A stretch of DNA of 64,000 nt from Eledone cirrhosa (lineage: Eukaryota), in NCBI GenBank assembly GCA_964016885.1, contig OZ024742.1:322648001-322712000 (forward strand), read 5' to 3'. Position numbers and translations under genes: made by a program. Every line of letters begins with the position of its first letter. The stretch's first letter is position 1. The notes under the pieces are model-generated. The model had not been told where the DNA came from and ran no database searches. It saw only the letters and a list, made by a program, of their open reading frames with translations. This document shows, piece after piece, positions 53,192 to 64,000 of this stretch.

Positions 53192-54002
53192 GGCGGTTGT
53201 CTGCTCAATACAAAGTTTGACCACCTCAATGTACTTGGTGCTCAGTTCTAGCATGAGACCACACATAATGAAGGCTATACTTCACTGATGAAAGTTAGTT
53301 ATTAAACTAAACCTCAAGGCAATTAGAAATATTGTTACAAAAGGGTTAATTGTTTCCTTATCCCCAAAATATATGGAACTTCACTCTATACGAGAAGTAA
53401 ATTTATTAAATATTTTTTTCAGCTTTTCTGCTTCTATTTGTTGCTATCTTCAAGAAAACTACTTTTCTCAAGAATAACAATGTATTTAGTCAGTCTATTG
53501 GACAACAGATGACCACTGAATCTGTTCTGACAAACCATTCCATGTTTTTCTTTTCTTTCTTTTTCTACTTTATATTTTGGTGAAGATATGTGGCCTACTG
53601 GTTAGGGGGTGTTGAGCTCACGATCATAAAGTGATAGGTTCAGTTCCTGGATAGGGCAGCATGTTGTGTTCTTGAACAAAATACTTTATTTCACATTGCA
53701 CCTTCTGCCAGAAGTAACAACCAACAGTTAGTGTCAGCAATGGAAAGACCTATGGAAACATAGTTTCTTTGGTCCAATTTGACAACCACCGCCTTTCCTT
53801 TTTTTTTTATTTTGTGGTAATGTATATGTTGTTGCTGCTGTTGCTATTGATGATGTTGTTGTTGATGATGCTGCTGTTTTGTCATTTTTTCCATCTTTAT
53901 TTTAAATTATTTATTTGTTTCTTTCTTCATTTCAGTCTTTTAAAAATGTATTTATGCTGTTCCAATTATGTACAGTGTGGAGAAACCTCAATTTACATCA
54001 GA

Positions 54003-54304
54003 TCTATGTATATATAAAACAGAGAATGTCTGTCTGTCTGTCTGTTTCCCTAAAACTCGAGAACCACCCAACCGATTTTTTTCAAACTTTACACGTGTAA
54101 TATTTATGGTCGTGTGAGTGTTTTGAGCAAAAAATATTTCAAATTTTTGCATTAGGCAAAAAACCGCATATTGTAGGCTTTAAAGGCTTTTTTGAGGTAT
54201 AACGGAACAATAATCCAGACGATTTCTTCAAAACTTGCGTTACTTATATCGTTTAAAGTGTTTTGAGCAAAAAAGATTTTCTCATTTTTTGCCCCAGAAA
54301 AACC

Positions 54305-54347
<43 letters not shown>

Positions 54348-54824
54348 CATTTTGGTTGCGTCAGGGCCTGTAACTCAAAAGTACCCAACCAATGTTTTTT
54401 AAACTTTGCATATGCATTACTTGTGTTTCAAAAATTTTCTTGACTGAAAAAGATTTTAAATTTTTGACCAGGGACCACATTGTTTAGCATTTGGGTTGCT
54501 CTCCCCCACTGCAGTCCCACATGCTTACTGCTTTGTAACTATTGCTTTCATTGTACCATAGCATAACAAGTACATGTTCGGTTTGTCGAATGTCTTTTTA
54601 CTTAACCCTATCGTCTTGGCTTTCTTGGGTTGAATATTTTACTCTCAGGCACCCAATTAAGTTAAACCCCTGGTAATCTACGACGAATTTGTTTTATAAG
54701 CACAAAATGTAGACACCATCCCCAGGCCGAAGTATTCCGTACTTCTCTGTACTGTTTCAGAAAGGATGGATAAACATGCCAACCTATGTTTAGAATCCTG
54801 AGCAACACCGGGCCATTTTGCTAG
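54003..54824 (+). mobile_element. Non-autonomous Helitron
   Basis: A|TCTATGTATATATAAAA 5' end, (TGTC)n, 3' imperfect hairpin CCTGAGCAACACCGGG then CTAG|T; no TSD. Confidence 0.85.
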
Positions 54825-54834
54825 TATATATATA

Positions 54835-54928
54835 AAGAGGAAAATGCGAAGTTGTAGATGTTAGTCTTTTATTAATTGAACCGTTATAAAAGACTCTAAC
54901 ATCTACAACTTCGCATTTCCCCCTGTAT
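54835..54928. repeat. Inverted repeat, ~38 bp arms
   Basis: gaaaatgcgaagttgtagatgttagtcttttat / ataaaagactctaacatctacaacttcgcatttc. Confidence 0.9.
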
Positions 54929-55017
54929 AAATATACTCTGTCATCCTTATTTAAAAAAAGTAATATGACGTCAAGTGCTTGAAGTGAATTTCATCCTTGT
55001 CTACCAAATGTGTGTGC

Positions 55018-55056
<39 letters not shown>

Positions 55057-55057
<1 letters not shown>

Positions 55058-55158
55058 AGTGTGTTCCAAAAAATGTATACATAAAGGATGTGCGTTCTAA
55101 TAAGTATTGCCTGTACAGGTAATCAAAGTGTGTGTCCATTTTTGGGGGGGATACCCTG
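55057..55158. mobile_element. ~100 bp Tc1/mariner-type MITE
   Basis: Same family as 21559-21656. Confidence 0.75.
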
Positions 55159-55232
55159 TGTGTGTGAGTATATATATATATATATAAAAACAAAATTTGT
55201 TTTCGCTCTTAACGTGGTGGATACCTAAATGT

Positions 55233-55620
55233 ATTCGTGAGTGAATAATAATATTATTATAATGATATCATAACATTATTAATATCGGACGCCATGCTTT
55301 GACGCATAGTTACGGCCCTTGCCATTCTGAGTTCAAATCTCGCCGGAGTTAACTTTGCCTTTCATCCTTACGGGGTCGATAAAATAAAGTACCAGTAATA
55401 CACTGGGTAATTGCTGGCCTTGTGCCAAAAGTAGAAACAATTATTAATATTCGGTTTGTTTACAAGTAAACAGCCTCATAAAACACTACGTGATAGATGA
55501 CAGCGTCATCCTTTTGTTCCAACGGAAGCTGGAGAAAACAATTGTTTACTTGTAAACAAACCGAATATTAATAATGTTATGATATTATTATAATATTATT
55601 ATTATTATTCACTCACGAAT
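55233..55620. repeat. Inverted repeat (~80 bp arms) with a SINE (about 55284-55440) inserted in the left arm
   Basis: attcgtgagtgaataat..[SINE]..attcggtttgtttacaagtaaaca / tgtttacttgtaaacaaaccgaat..attcactcacgaat; TSD attattaatat. Confidence 0.88.
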
Positions 55621-55713
55621 TCAATATATATTTATAATGAAGGAGGTGTGGTGAGGAACCAGGTGGACCATAATGCACCAGAGTACTCAATACTTAGGGT
55701 AGTAGAGTGGGTA

Positions 55714-55830
55714 ATAGGAAAATGTTTGACCACGACGGCAGAGCTCAAGCCGTTTCGACGGCTATTTCTGATCCAGAAATAGCCGTCGAAACGGCTTGAA
55801 CTCTGCCGTTGGGGTCAAAAATTTTCCTAT
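55714..55830. repeat. Palindrome (~57 bp arms, 3 nt loop) built from a half hammerhead
   Basis: ...gccgtttcgacggctatttctg atc cagaaatagccgtcgaaacggc... Confidence 0.93.
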
Positions 55831-55855
55831 ATATATATATATGTATGTATATATA

Positions 55856-56584
55856 AAATTCAAAGGGATATATGTATATAATGTCATAGTCACAGATACA
55901 TATGAGTTTGGCTACCTTTCACGGTGTGGCTCAATGAAGAATTAATTAAGCAAATAATCATTAATCAGAGCTATATATAAAATTGCAAGTTTGAAGAATT
56001 ATTAGATAAAATATATACAGTATTTCCTGTCCCTAGTCCATATAAATCAACCACATAAATAATCATTTAAACGAGGCTATAAGTTTAAAATGTAACTATG
56101 AAGAAATAATAGACAAATGATACAGACTATCTTCTTCGAGGGATAGCCAGATAAAATTTACCTAGTCATTCCTTTTAGCCCGTAGAAATTGACTAGACAA
56201 ATAATCAACTACACGGAGTTAGGTATAAAATAGAAGTTTGAAGAAAAAATGCATATAAACTTTACCAAAATTCCCCTAGTCTCGACTACCGGTGGTTTCG
56301 TTCCTTTTCTGTAGATATATTCGATCTTGGATCTATCCAGGAGGCTTGGAACTCAACAAGAGACGCCTCAAGTCTGGACTAAAGTTTCTACCGTGATCCC
56401 CGCCAGAAATGAGTTCAAAAATGGCTAAGAACTATCACGTGGTTAGTGGTCAAGGCAGAAAATTGTGATTGGTTGCCAGTCGGCGAGAAGGCTGGTTGCT
56501 AGAAAGCGCAGCCAGATACTGCCTAAAGTTTTACTCAACTTTATGGGAGTATATATTAAATTCAAAGGGATATATGTATATAAT
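55856..56584 (-). mobile_element. ~700 bp hammerhead-bearing unit bounded by a 27 bp direct repeat (PLE pLTR or retrozyme-like)
   Basis: aaattcaaagggatatatgtatataat at both ends; hammerhead motif inside; sister copy at 23628. Confidence 0.65.
56279..56364 (-). ncRNA. Type I hammerhead motif with two core substitutions
   Basis: Minus strand: GTCTC-TTGTTGA-GTTCC...GGAAC-GAAAC-CACCGGTA-GTC-GAGAC; stems I to III pair, GUC triplet, core CUGAUGA reads UUGUUGA. Confidence 0.7.
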
Positions 56585-56587
56585 TAG

Positions 56588-56672
56588 ACATGTTACATTA
56601 AAAACAAAGCTGTGTTCAAGGTATAAGGATATTTCATATTTTCGAGACACCTACACAGCATCATCTTTATAT

Positions 56673-56766
<94 letters not shown>

Positions 56767-57462
56767 CATACATAAGAGAGAGAGAAATGCAAACAAGAAT
56801 GGTTGGTTTAGGAAGCACTGGAAAATTTGAGATTTTAAAATATAGCCCCCACAATGCAGGTAACTATAATAATAGTTGGTAATTATAAACAATAGTTGCA
56901 TAATCAAGTAGTACCTCTGGAGACAGAAAAAAGTGGACAGAGATGCTGGCATTTCTGTCCACTGTTTTTTGTCTCCAGAGGTACTTTACCTGATTTATTC
57001 AACTATTGTTTATAATCATCAACTATTATTATAGTTTCTGTATTGTGGCAACTATATTTTTAAATATATATACATGTTCTCTTTAAGCTGTGCAATTACA
57101 CAGTCACTGTATTGGTACTATACACATCAAAACATTGCTCTCAGTAGTTGGGAGAAATTTGAGGGTATGGTGTGTGTGTGTATGTGTGTATACATATATA
57201 TATATATAATATATATATATATGTGTGTGTGTGCATGTATTTATATGTATATATGATATATATAGGTATTAATGACTGTCTTCAACTTCTTTTTTAAGGA
57301 TTTTTCATATTTCCTTATTTCTTTCTTTGGAACAATAGCATTCCAAAATCCATAAGTCTTTTGAGGCTTTCATACCATATTCTAAAGATGATGCTGTGTA
57401 GGTCTCGAAAATATGAAATATCCTTATACCTTGAACACAGCTTTGTTTTTAATGTAACATGT
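56588..57462. repeat. Inverted repeat (~80 bp arms, 56588-56669 and 57383-57462)
   Basis: acatgttacattaaaaacaaagctgtgttcaagg... and its reverse complement; visible as the same peptide in opposite-strand ORFs. Confidence 0.92.
56832..57065. repeat. Diverged palindrome (~115 bp arms) nested inside the previous inverted repeat
   Basis: agtacctctggagaca..agtggacagagatgc / gcatttctgtccact..tgtctccagaggtact. Confidence 0.92.
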
Positions 57463-58012
57463 TTGAAAGCCTTATTTACACACAGATATATATGTATATA
57501 TCCAAATAGTTTCTGAATATGGTGAGTAGGAAAACAAATTAAATCTACCAAAACTATCCTCGCAATTTTATGACCAAAACTCCCTTTATGAGTATTCAAA
57601 TTATGAGACACAGCTAAGGATTTACTGGTATGGGGGTAATAGACGTCATCAGGCTGCAGCTGTTTTATAATATGGTCTCTATATAAATCTGCAGTGACCG
57701 CTGCCCCATTACATAATTGACATTGCACCCCCACAAAATCAGAACAATCACAAAAGATAAACTCCGGCCACATACAAATAAGAATTGATACACACGTACT
57801 CACTGAAGTAAACTACTTGCTTAACGATAAAATCCACAACAAATTAAACCAAAGCCTTATCATTATAGCCTTAACATTATAGAAACCCTTCTGAAATTTA
57901 ACAACCCACTTAACGAATAGATAAACCCAATCAAAATGACATCAAACTACACCCCAGACCAACTCTTTAAACAAGTGCCTGTTCTCCCGGTTCTGATACA
58001 AAACAATAAACG

Positions 58013-58228
58013 TTAACCCTTTAGCATTTACATTACTCTATATTTACTATTGTATTTTCACAGTAAACACTTTATCTCATATAATATTGAATCTATGAAA
58101 TTTTGATATTATTTATTTTGAGAATAATACCTTAGCATCACTATGAGTAGCCGGTTACAGCTGGTTTGAACAGAAAGAGGTGAGAGTATTCTGGCCAGAT
58201 CCAGCCAGTTTAAATGCTAAAGTGTTAA
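58013..58228. mobile_element. piggyBac-type MITE, intact
   Basis: TTAA-CCCTTTAGCATTTA...TAAATGCTAAAGTG-TTAA. Confidence 0.85.
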
Positions 58229-58952
58229 CTGATAAAATATGATGCATGCAAAACATTTAAAACGTTTAATAAAATGAAATATTAACTCAATCTTGCCATC
58301 ATGTGCATATGCCTGACTAGTATGGATTCATGCATGTTTGTATCCCTAAATACAGCGAGGAAATGACCATGCTTACTATTAAGAAGTGGTGGAAGACAGG
58401 GGTGCTAATGCTACACATTTCTGCCCCTGATAACAGTTTGCTCCTCATTCTCAATACTTTTTGCATCAAGTAAGCAGTCCAACCAACTACATACCCACCT
58501 CATGTCATATATGTCACACATATTAATCTTTAGCTGTTCCATGCGGACAATAGCATGCCTCTATACTATAAAATCTATAGAAATTAAAAAATGAAAAATA
58601 AGCCAAATTACTATTAGACTTTAATATTATTCACCACTTTGATACAACTTACCTCCACTCTATCATTGCCAACATCTCACTACCCCATACTCAATTGTAA
58701 GCCAGAAATTGCTCTGAATTTCCTTAAAATCAAAGTGTCTTGTAAATATTGTCTTATATCCTTGCCCAACCATGTGTACCAACTGCTAATCCTATAAAAC
58801 AGGTATTCAAGACACCTCAAAACTAAAATCCTTATTGAATACTTGTCATAATAGATATATTGTCCTTTTTAATAGTGATATCTAAATAATGAATTAACTC
58901 TATTTACATTATAGCCACATATGTTCACCTCTAAACAACTAGGATAAATTCT

Positions 58953-59400
58953 CATCATCATCATCATCGTTTAACGTCCATTTTCCACGCTAGCATGGGT
59001 CTGGATGGGAATTGTCCCACTCGAGGCAAGATTGGTTGTCTTGCTCAGGACTGTCTGGCGGGTTTTCTACGGCTGGATGCCCTTCCTAACACCAACCACG
59101 TTTACAGTGTGGACTGGGAGGTTTTTACCGTGTTACCTACACGGCCACATTACAGCGTGGACTGTGTGTTTTATTGTCGTGACACCTACATGTATGGCGG
59201 GTTTTCTACGGCTGGGTGCCCTTCCCAACACCAACCACGTTTACAGTGTGTACTGGGAGGTTTTTACCGTGTTACCTACACGGCCACATTACAGCGTGGA
59301 CTGTGTGTTTTTTTGTCATGTCACCTACACGACCTCATTTGTTTCGGACTGGATGTTTTGGTACCAACATAACTTCACATTTAAGGGGGTGGTGTGGATG
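58953..59400 (-). mobile_element. RTE 3'-tail-derived repeat with an internal duplication (related copies near 22460, 27620, 43350 and elsewhere)
   Basis: catcatcgtttaacgtccattttccacgctagcatgg..gatgcccttcctaacaccaacc; 59056-59190 is repeated at 59196-59330. Confidence 0.8.
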
Positions 59401-60322
59401 GGGTGTGGGTAGTGGGACGGGGGTGTATTTTGTTAGAGGTGCCTACTGACTGTAGGTTTCGCTTATTTCCTAAGTGGCCATAATTCAAACTACAATTCCC
59501 ACCCATGGGTATTTTTTTGACCTGCTTGAACATACTACTCTCTCAGCATATATGTATAAAATGATAACCTGTTTGAACCTATCTTTTATCCAACAGGTGT
59601 TTCCATTATACTTTATCTTAGACATGAAACCTTTCCATTGGTATTCTGTTGATATATGTTGATATTCTGTAAATCAAATTTATATTTTTTGTAGTTGCCT
59701 AATTTTATTTTTTTTTATTTTGTATTACTATTGTTTTTAATATTGATTATTGAACTTCATAATTGCTTCTTTTCTTTTCTTCTATAAGATCTGGAGTTAA
59801 AACATAACTAATTCTGAATTAAACATTGGACCATCAGTTGTGAAATATTGGATGTTACAACTGATGGCTCAGACCAAATGTATGTTTGTGTATATATATG
59901 TAATGTGTATGTGGCCTAGTGGATAGTGGTGGACTCGAGCTTATGTCATGGATTCAATTCCTAGGCCAGGCAGTGTATTATTCTTGAGCAAAACATTTCA
60001 TTTCATGCTGCTCCAGGTCACACTGCTAACAAAAAAAAATGCTGGGACTTAACCATTGCAATAGGCTGGCAAGTGGTCCAGAGATGATTGAGGAGGGGTC
60101 CTTTCATCGTATGACAGTCAAACCCCCCCCCCCCCTTTCCTTAAAACACTTGAGAAAACTCCTATGAGATATAAACCCACATAGGTGTGAGTTGAAACAA
60201 CATTGGTGCTCTTATCGTTTAAACACCTGAGAAACCTCCTATGAGATACAATCTTGTAGGAGGTTAGCCAAACTATAACATCAACATTCTGTTGGTCAAT
60301 ATATTCTTGTATTCCATTGTAG

Positions 60323-60412
60323 GCTACCAGAGAGACACTCCGTCGCCATGTTCAAGATTTTGGTGAGCATCTACGCAAAGACAATGATGTTGCTCTTATT
60401 ATTGATGGCCAG
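60323..60412 (+). CDS. ATP8A1: ATP8A-like exon (ATRETLRRHVQDFGEHLRKDNDVALIIDGQ)
   Basis: ttgtag / gtaagg; ALIIDG motif; follows a ~15 kb intron. Confidence 0.94.
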
Positions 60413-61168
60413 GTAAGGAAGATAACTATTTCATTGTATTTTAGGGAGTGAGGTTATTATTGTTTCTAACTTGTTTAACCCTCATCATGGATGAAATTTC
60501 CAATTTTTAAAGGGATTTAGTTGTATAATTAAGTTTTTTATTAAGCTGTTGTTTGAAACATAATTTAAAGTTTCTGATAGAAGGTGTTTAGATAAATGTA
60601 TTATAACATTTACATTTATCTATATTGTAGAGTGGTCTAGAAATTCACTTTGCAAAGATACAGACATGACTAAGTGATCAAGCAGTTCGCTTCTCAATCA
60701 TGAGTTCTTGGGTTTGATCCCACTCCATGGCATCTTGAGCAAGTTCCTTTACCATAGTTTTGGCTCAATCCAAGTTTTGTAGATTGAAACTATCATTACG
60801 TACTTAACCCTCCTGATACTGATCTTTCTGAAATTGCCACTGGTTCTATGATATGGAAATATTTTTTTTTATGTTTATATCTAATTATGTTCTAAACACT
60901 AGATAAACAATGAGGGAGTCAGTTGTACTACAAAATCCCTTCAAATTCTGAATTATTTTCAAAATTATTTGAAAAGTATAGACAGAGCCTTTCATTAGAA
61001 ATATGGTAATGAAAGGGTTAATGAAGCTATGTTTGTGCCCAAAGTATTCCTAAGTGGATAGTGTGTTCGTAGCTATACTTTCTATAAATAAGTTTTGAAA
61101 GTTAATTAAATTATATATATATTATTGATCTGATTGATTGATTGGTAATTGTTTATTCTCTTCATCAG

Positions 61169-61251
61169 ACATTGAAATATGCCCTACTCTGTGACTGTCG
61201 GCAAGATTTCCTCGACATTGCCGTTTCATGCAGATCTGTCATTTGTTGCCG
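61169..61251 (+). CDS. ATP8A1: ATP8A-like exon (TLKYALLCDCRQDFLDIAVSCRSVICCR)
   Basis: catcag / gtaaat; VICCR motif. Confidence 0.95.
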
Positions 61252-61268
61252 GTAAATCACATTCTTAA

Positions 61269-61269
<1 letters not shown>

Positions 61270-61361
<92 letters not shown>

Positions 61362-61402
61362 CTTTCTCTCTCTCTTTCTCTTTCTCTCTCTCTCTCTCCC
61401 TT

Positions 61403-61479
<77 letters not shown>

Positions 61480-61480
61480 T

Positions 61481-61525
<45 letters not shown>

Positions 61526-61572
61526 TTCTTTCTCTCTCTTTCTCTCTCTCTTTCTCTTTCTCTCTCTCTCTT

Positions 61573-61640
<68 letters not shown>

Positions 61641-61660
61641 CCTTTCCCCTCTCTCTTGCT
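61270..61660. repeat. ~390 bp (TC)n/(TTTC) polypyrimidine microsatellite
   Basis: Direct reading. Confidence 0.97.
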
Positions 61661-61903
61661 CAGAATATGTTTCAATTTCCATAGTATTTAACACATTCAA
61701 ACATTAACTGAATGAGCACTCAATACTGGTGGGTAGAGTATAGAAATGTATTTACTCTTTAATCTCCACCCTCCCTCTCTAGCTCTCTCTCACCCTCTCT
61801 TTATCTATTTCTTTCTACCTCCTCCTCCTCTGTCTCTACCCTTATCTCCTCATGAGGATACTACTTTATTTCATTTCCTTCTTTTTCTCCCTTAATATTT
61901 CAG

Positions 61904-62009
61904 TGTTTCACCAATCCAAAAATCAGAATTAGTAGAACTAGTTAAGCATTCTGTGAAAGCTATAACTTTGGCCATTGGAGATGGTGCTAATGATGTGGGT
62001 ATGATCCAG
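61904..62009 (+). CDS. ATP8A1: ATP8A-like exon ([35 protein letters not shown])
   Basis: tttcag / gtaagt; GDGAND hinge motif. Confidence 0.97.
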
Positions 62010-63512
62010 GTAAGTGGTTCTCTCTTTGTAACCATTACAGTTTCTTCAGGAAGTTTTCACATATTTTCTGGTATATTTTTGGACAGGAAATCTATTTAAT
62101 CCTTTTGATATCAAACTACATGAAACCTCTACTGGCTTTACCACACAAAACTGTTTCTATCTATCTAAAAAGTTTATAATTTTATGTAAGAATTTTTATT
62201 AAGATATGTTCTAACATCAGCTTAATGAGAAAATTGCCCTGCCCACTCTGTAAATGTAGTTGGCATTAGGAAGGGCATCCAGCTATAGAAACCAAGCCAA
62301 AATCAGTTTTGTATGAGTAAGACATGGTAATCTGATCTGGTTTGCCTCAAATGAACAACTCGCTTAACCATGCTAGTGTGGAAAAATGGATCTTAAACGA
62401 TGATGGTGGTGGTGATGATGATGATTAGTAAGTTTTTTATTAATTCTCAAATTATTTAAAAATCATAGGCAGTGTCTTTCATTATAAATATGGTAATGAA
62501 AGGGTTAAAAACCTTCTAGCATAATTGTATATAAGGACCTTTATGTTCTAAATACCAACCTAATAATGAGTGCCTTTCTTTAAAAATATGCTAATGTTAA
62601 AAATTCTGGTGTACATGATTTTGCCTTTAACCTAATATTTTGCTGACCACCAAATTAATTGTGTTTGGTTCTATTATATGATATACTTCCTCAAAATTAG
62701 TTGATTATCTTGCTCAGTTCAACTTTGCTTTTGTTCCTTTTGGAGTTGATATAATGTACCACTCAGTTCAACACCCACCTGGCTCTAGGGCGCTTATAGC
62801 AGAGTCAACTATGTTGCAAGCTTTCACCCAGTTTAACATCACCACCTGGTTCTTGGGTGCCTTTAACAGTCCATTCTGTTGCGAGCTTTCAGACTTGGTC
62901 TCTGGTTTGGGGATAATTTCCTCCCACTAGTCTTGGAGGTGCTGAAAAAATAAAGAGCTATTTTTACTGCACTTCCTTATTAAACTAAGTGGTTAAAAAA
63001 GGTTATACTGAAATATATACACTGTTTTATCTCATTTGCTATATAACTTTCATTGCTGTAGAAAAGTTAACAAACAAAGGATTGAGAGAACTATTCAGTT
63101 GTGTTAAGGACACAACAACCTCTCTAGTGTTGGTGACATGTTAAAAGATACCTAGTGCACTCTGTAAAGTGGTTGGTGATAAGGAGGGCTTCCAGCCATA
63201 GATAACTTGCCAAACAAAAGGTTGGAAGGACTCATAAGTTGTCAATGACATGATAACTTTTCCCTAGTGCTGGTGCGATGATAAAATGCATTCAGTGGAT
63301 CCTGTAGAATAAGAGAAGATATGTTAATGAGATGTGGGCCCCAGACCATCTGAAAGGTCAGTATGTCTTAAGTACTAACTTGGTCTGTTATGACCCATTC
63401 ATCTCTTGTTAACAGGGAAAATGAACGTTAGATGATTGTAACAGTAGCCAAAAAGTCATGTTGTATTATTGTGTATGCTTTATTTAACACCTGTTCATCT
63501 TAACTTTTACAG

Positions 63513-63590
63513 TCAGCACATGTTGGTGTAGGTGTCAGTGGTAATGAAGGTTTGCAGGCAGCGTGTGCTTCAGACTATGCCATAGCCCAG
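63513..63590 (+). CDS. ATP8A1: ATP8A-like exon ([26 protein letters not shown])
   Basis: ttacag / gtagag; G.EG.QA..SD motif. Confidence 0.96.
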
Positions 63591-63982
63591 GTAGAGTATT
63601 CTTTAATTGATTTTATTTATTTTTTGTTGTTGTTGTTCACATAACCTAGCATTGGCGTTATGATAAAATGCACCCAGTATAGTCTGTAAAGTGGTTAACT
63701 ATGAACAGAGATAATATAGGATAGAGAGGACTCTTCAGTCTTGCTAAGCACATGACAACCTTTCTAGTGCTGGTAACAGGATAAAATGTACCCACTACAC
63801 TCTACAAAGCAGCGATGCTGGTGGCATGATAAACTGCACCCAGTACACTAGTGTATGTGTTTGTGTGTGTAAAACTGCTTTTTTTCACACTTGTATGTGT
63901 AAACACTATTTCTCTCCACACATGTATGTGTAAAATCATTCCTTTCCATATGTGTATATATATGTGTGTGTTTGTATTTCAG

Positions 63983-64000
63983 TTTCGTTACCTAAACAAG
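63983..64000 (+). CDS. ATP8A1: ATP8A-like exon, truncated by window end (FRYLNK...)
   Basis: tttcag acceptor; continues AQ-FRYL as expected. Confidence 0.85.

Noticed and set aside
53285-53320. Plus-strand CTGATGA (also near 3696, 30149, 42452 and 46915)
   Set aside because: No stem II-GAAA-stem III arrangement follows.
57600-57660. Minus-strand CAGC-CTGATGA as another hammerhead
   Set aside because: No paired stem II and no GAAA at the right position.

Overview
AT-rich animal genomic DNA. The repeat families and microsatellite density suggest an octopus or other cephalopod (inference). The whole window lies inside one + strand gene for a P4-type ATPase phospholipid flippase of the ATP8A1/ATP8A2 group. 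I could chain 24 GT-AG coding exons in phase from 13200 to the window end, covering the DGETNLK, PISL, DKTGTLT, KGAD, TGDK and GDGAND motifs; the start and end of the gene lie outside the window. The introns are packed with transposable elements: a near-complete Tx1/L1-clade LINE plus shorter 3' ends, two RTE-type LINE families, a CR1/Jockey-group remnant, Penelope-like (PLE) RT and GIY-YIG fragments, tRNA-like SINEs, Tc1/mariner and piggyBac-type MITEs and a non-autonomous Helitron. The most notable unannotated signal is four type I hammerhead ribozyme motifs (one essentially intact), all antisense to the host gene. They are physically linked to about nine long fold-back inverted repeats, mostly next to microsatellites, and one fold-back is centred on what looks like a hammerhead stem II. 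Together these look like a ribozyme-bearing PLE or retrozyme-like family that builds intronic hairpins, which are potential dsRNA/ADAR substrates in the host pre-mRNA.
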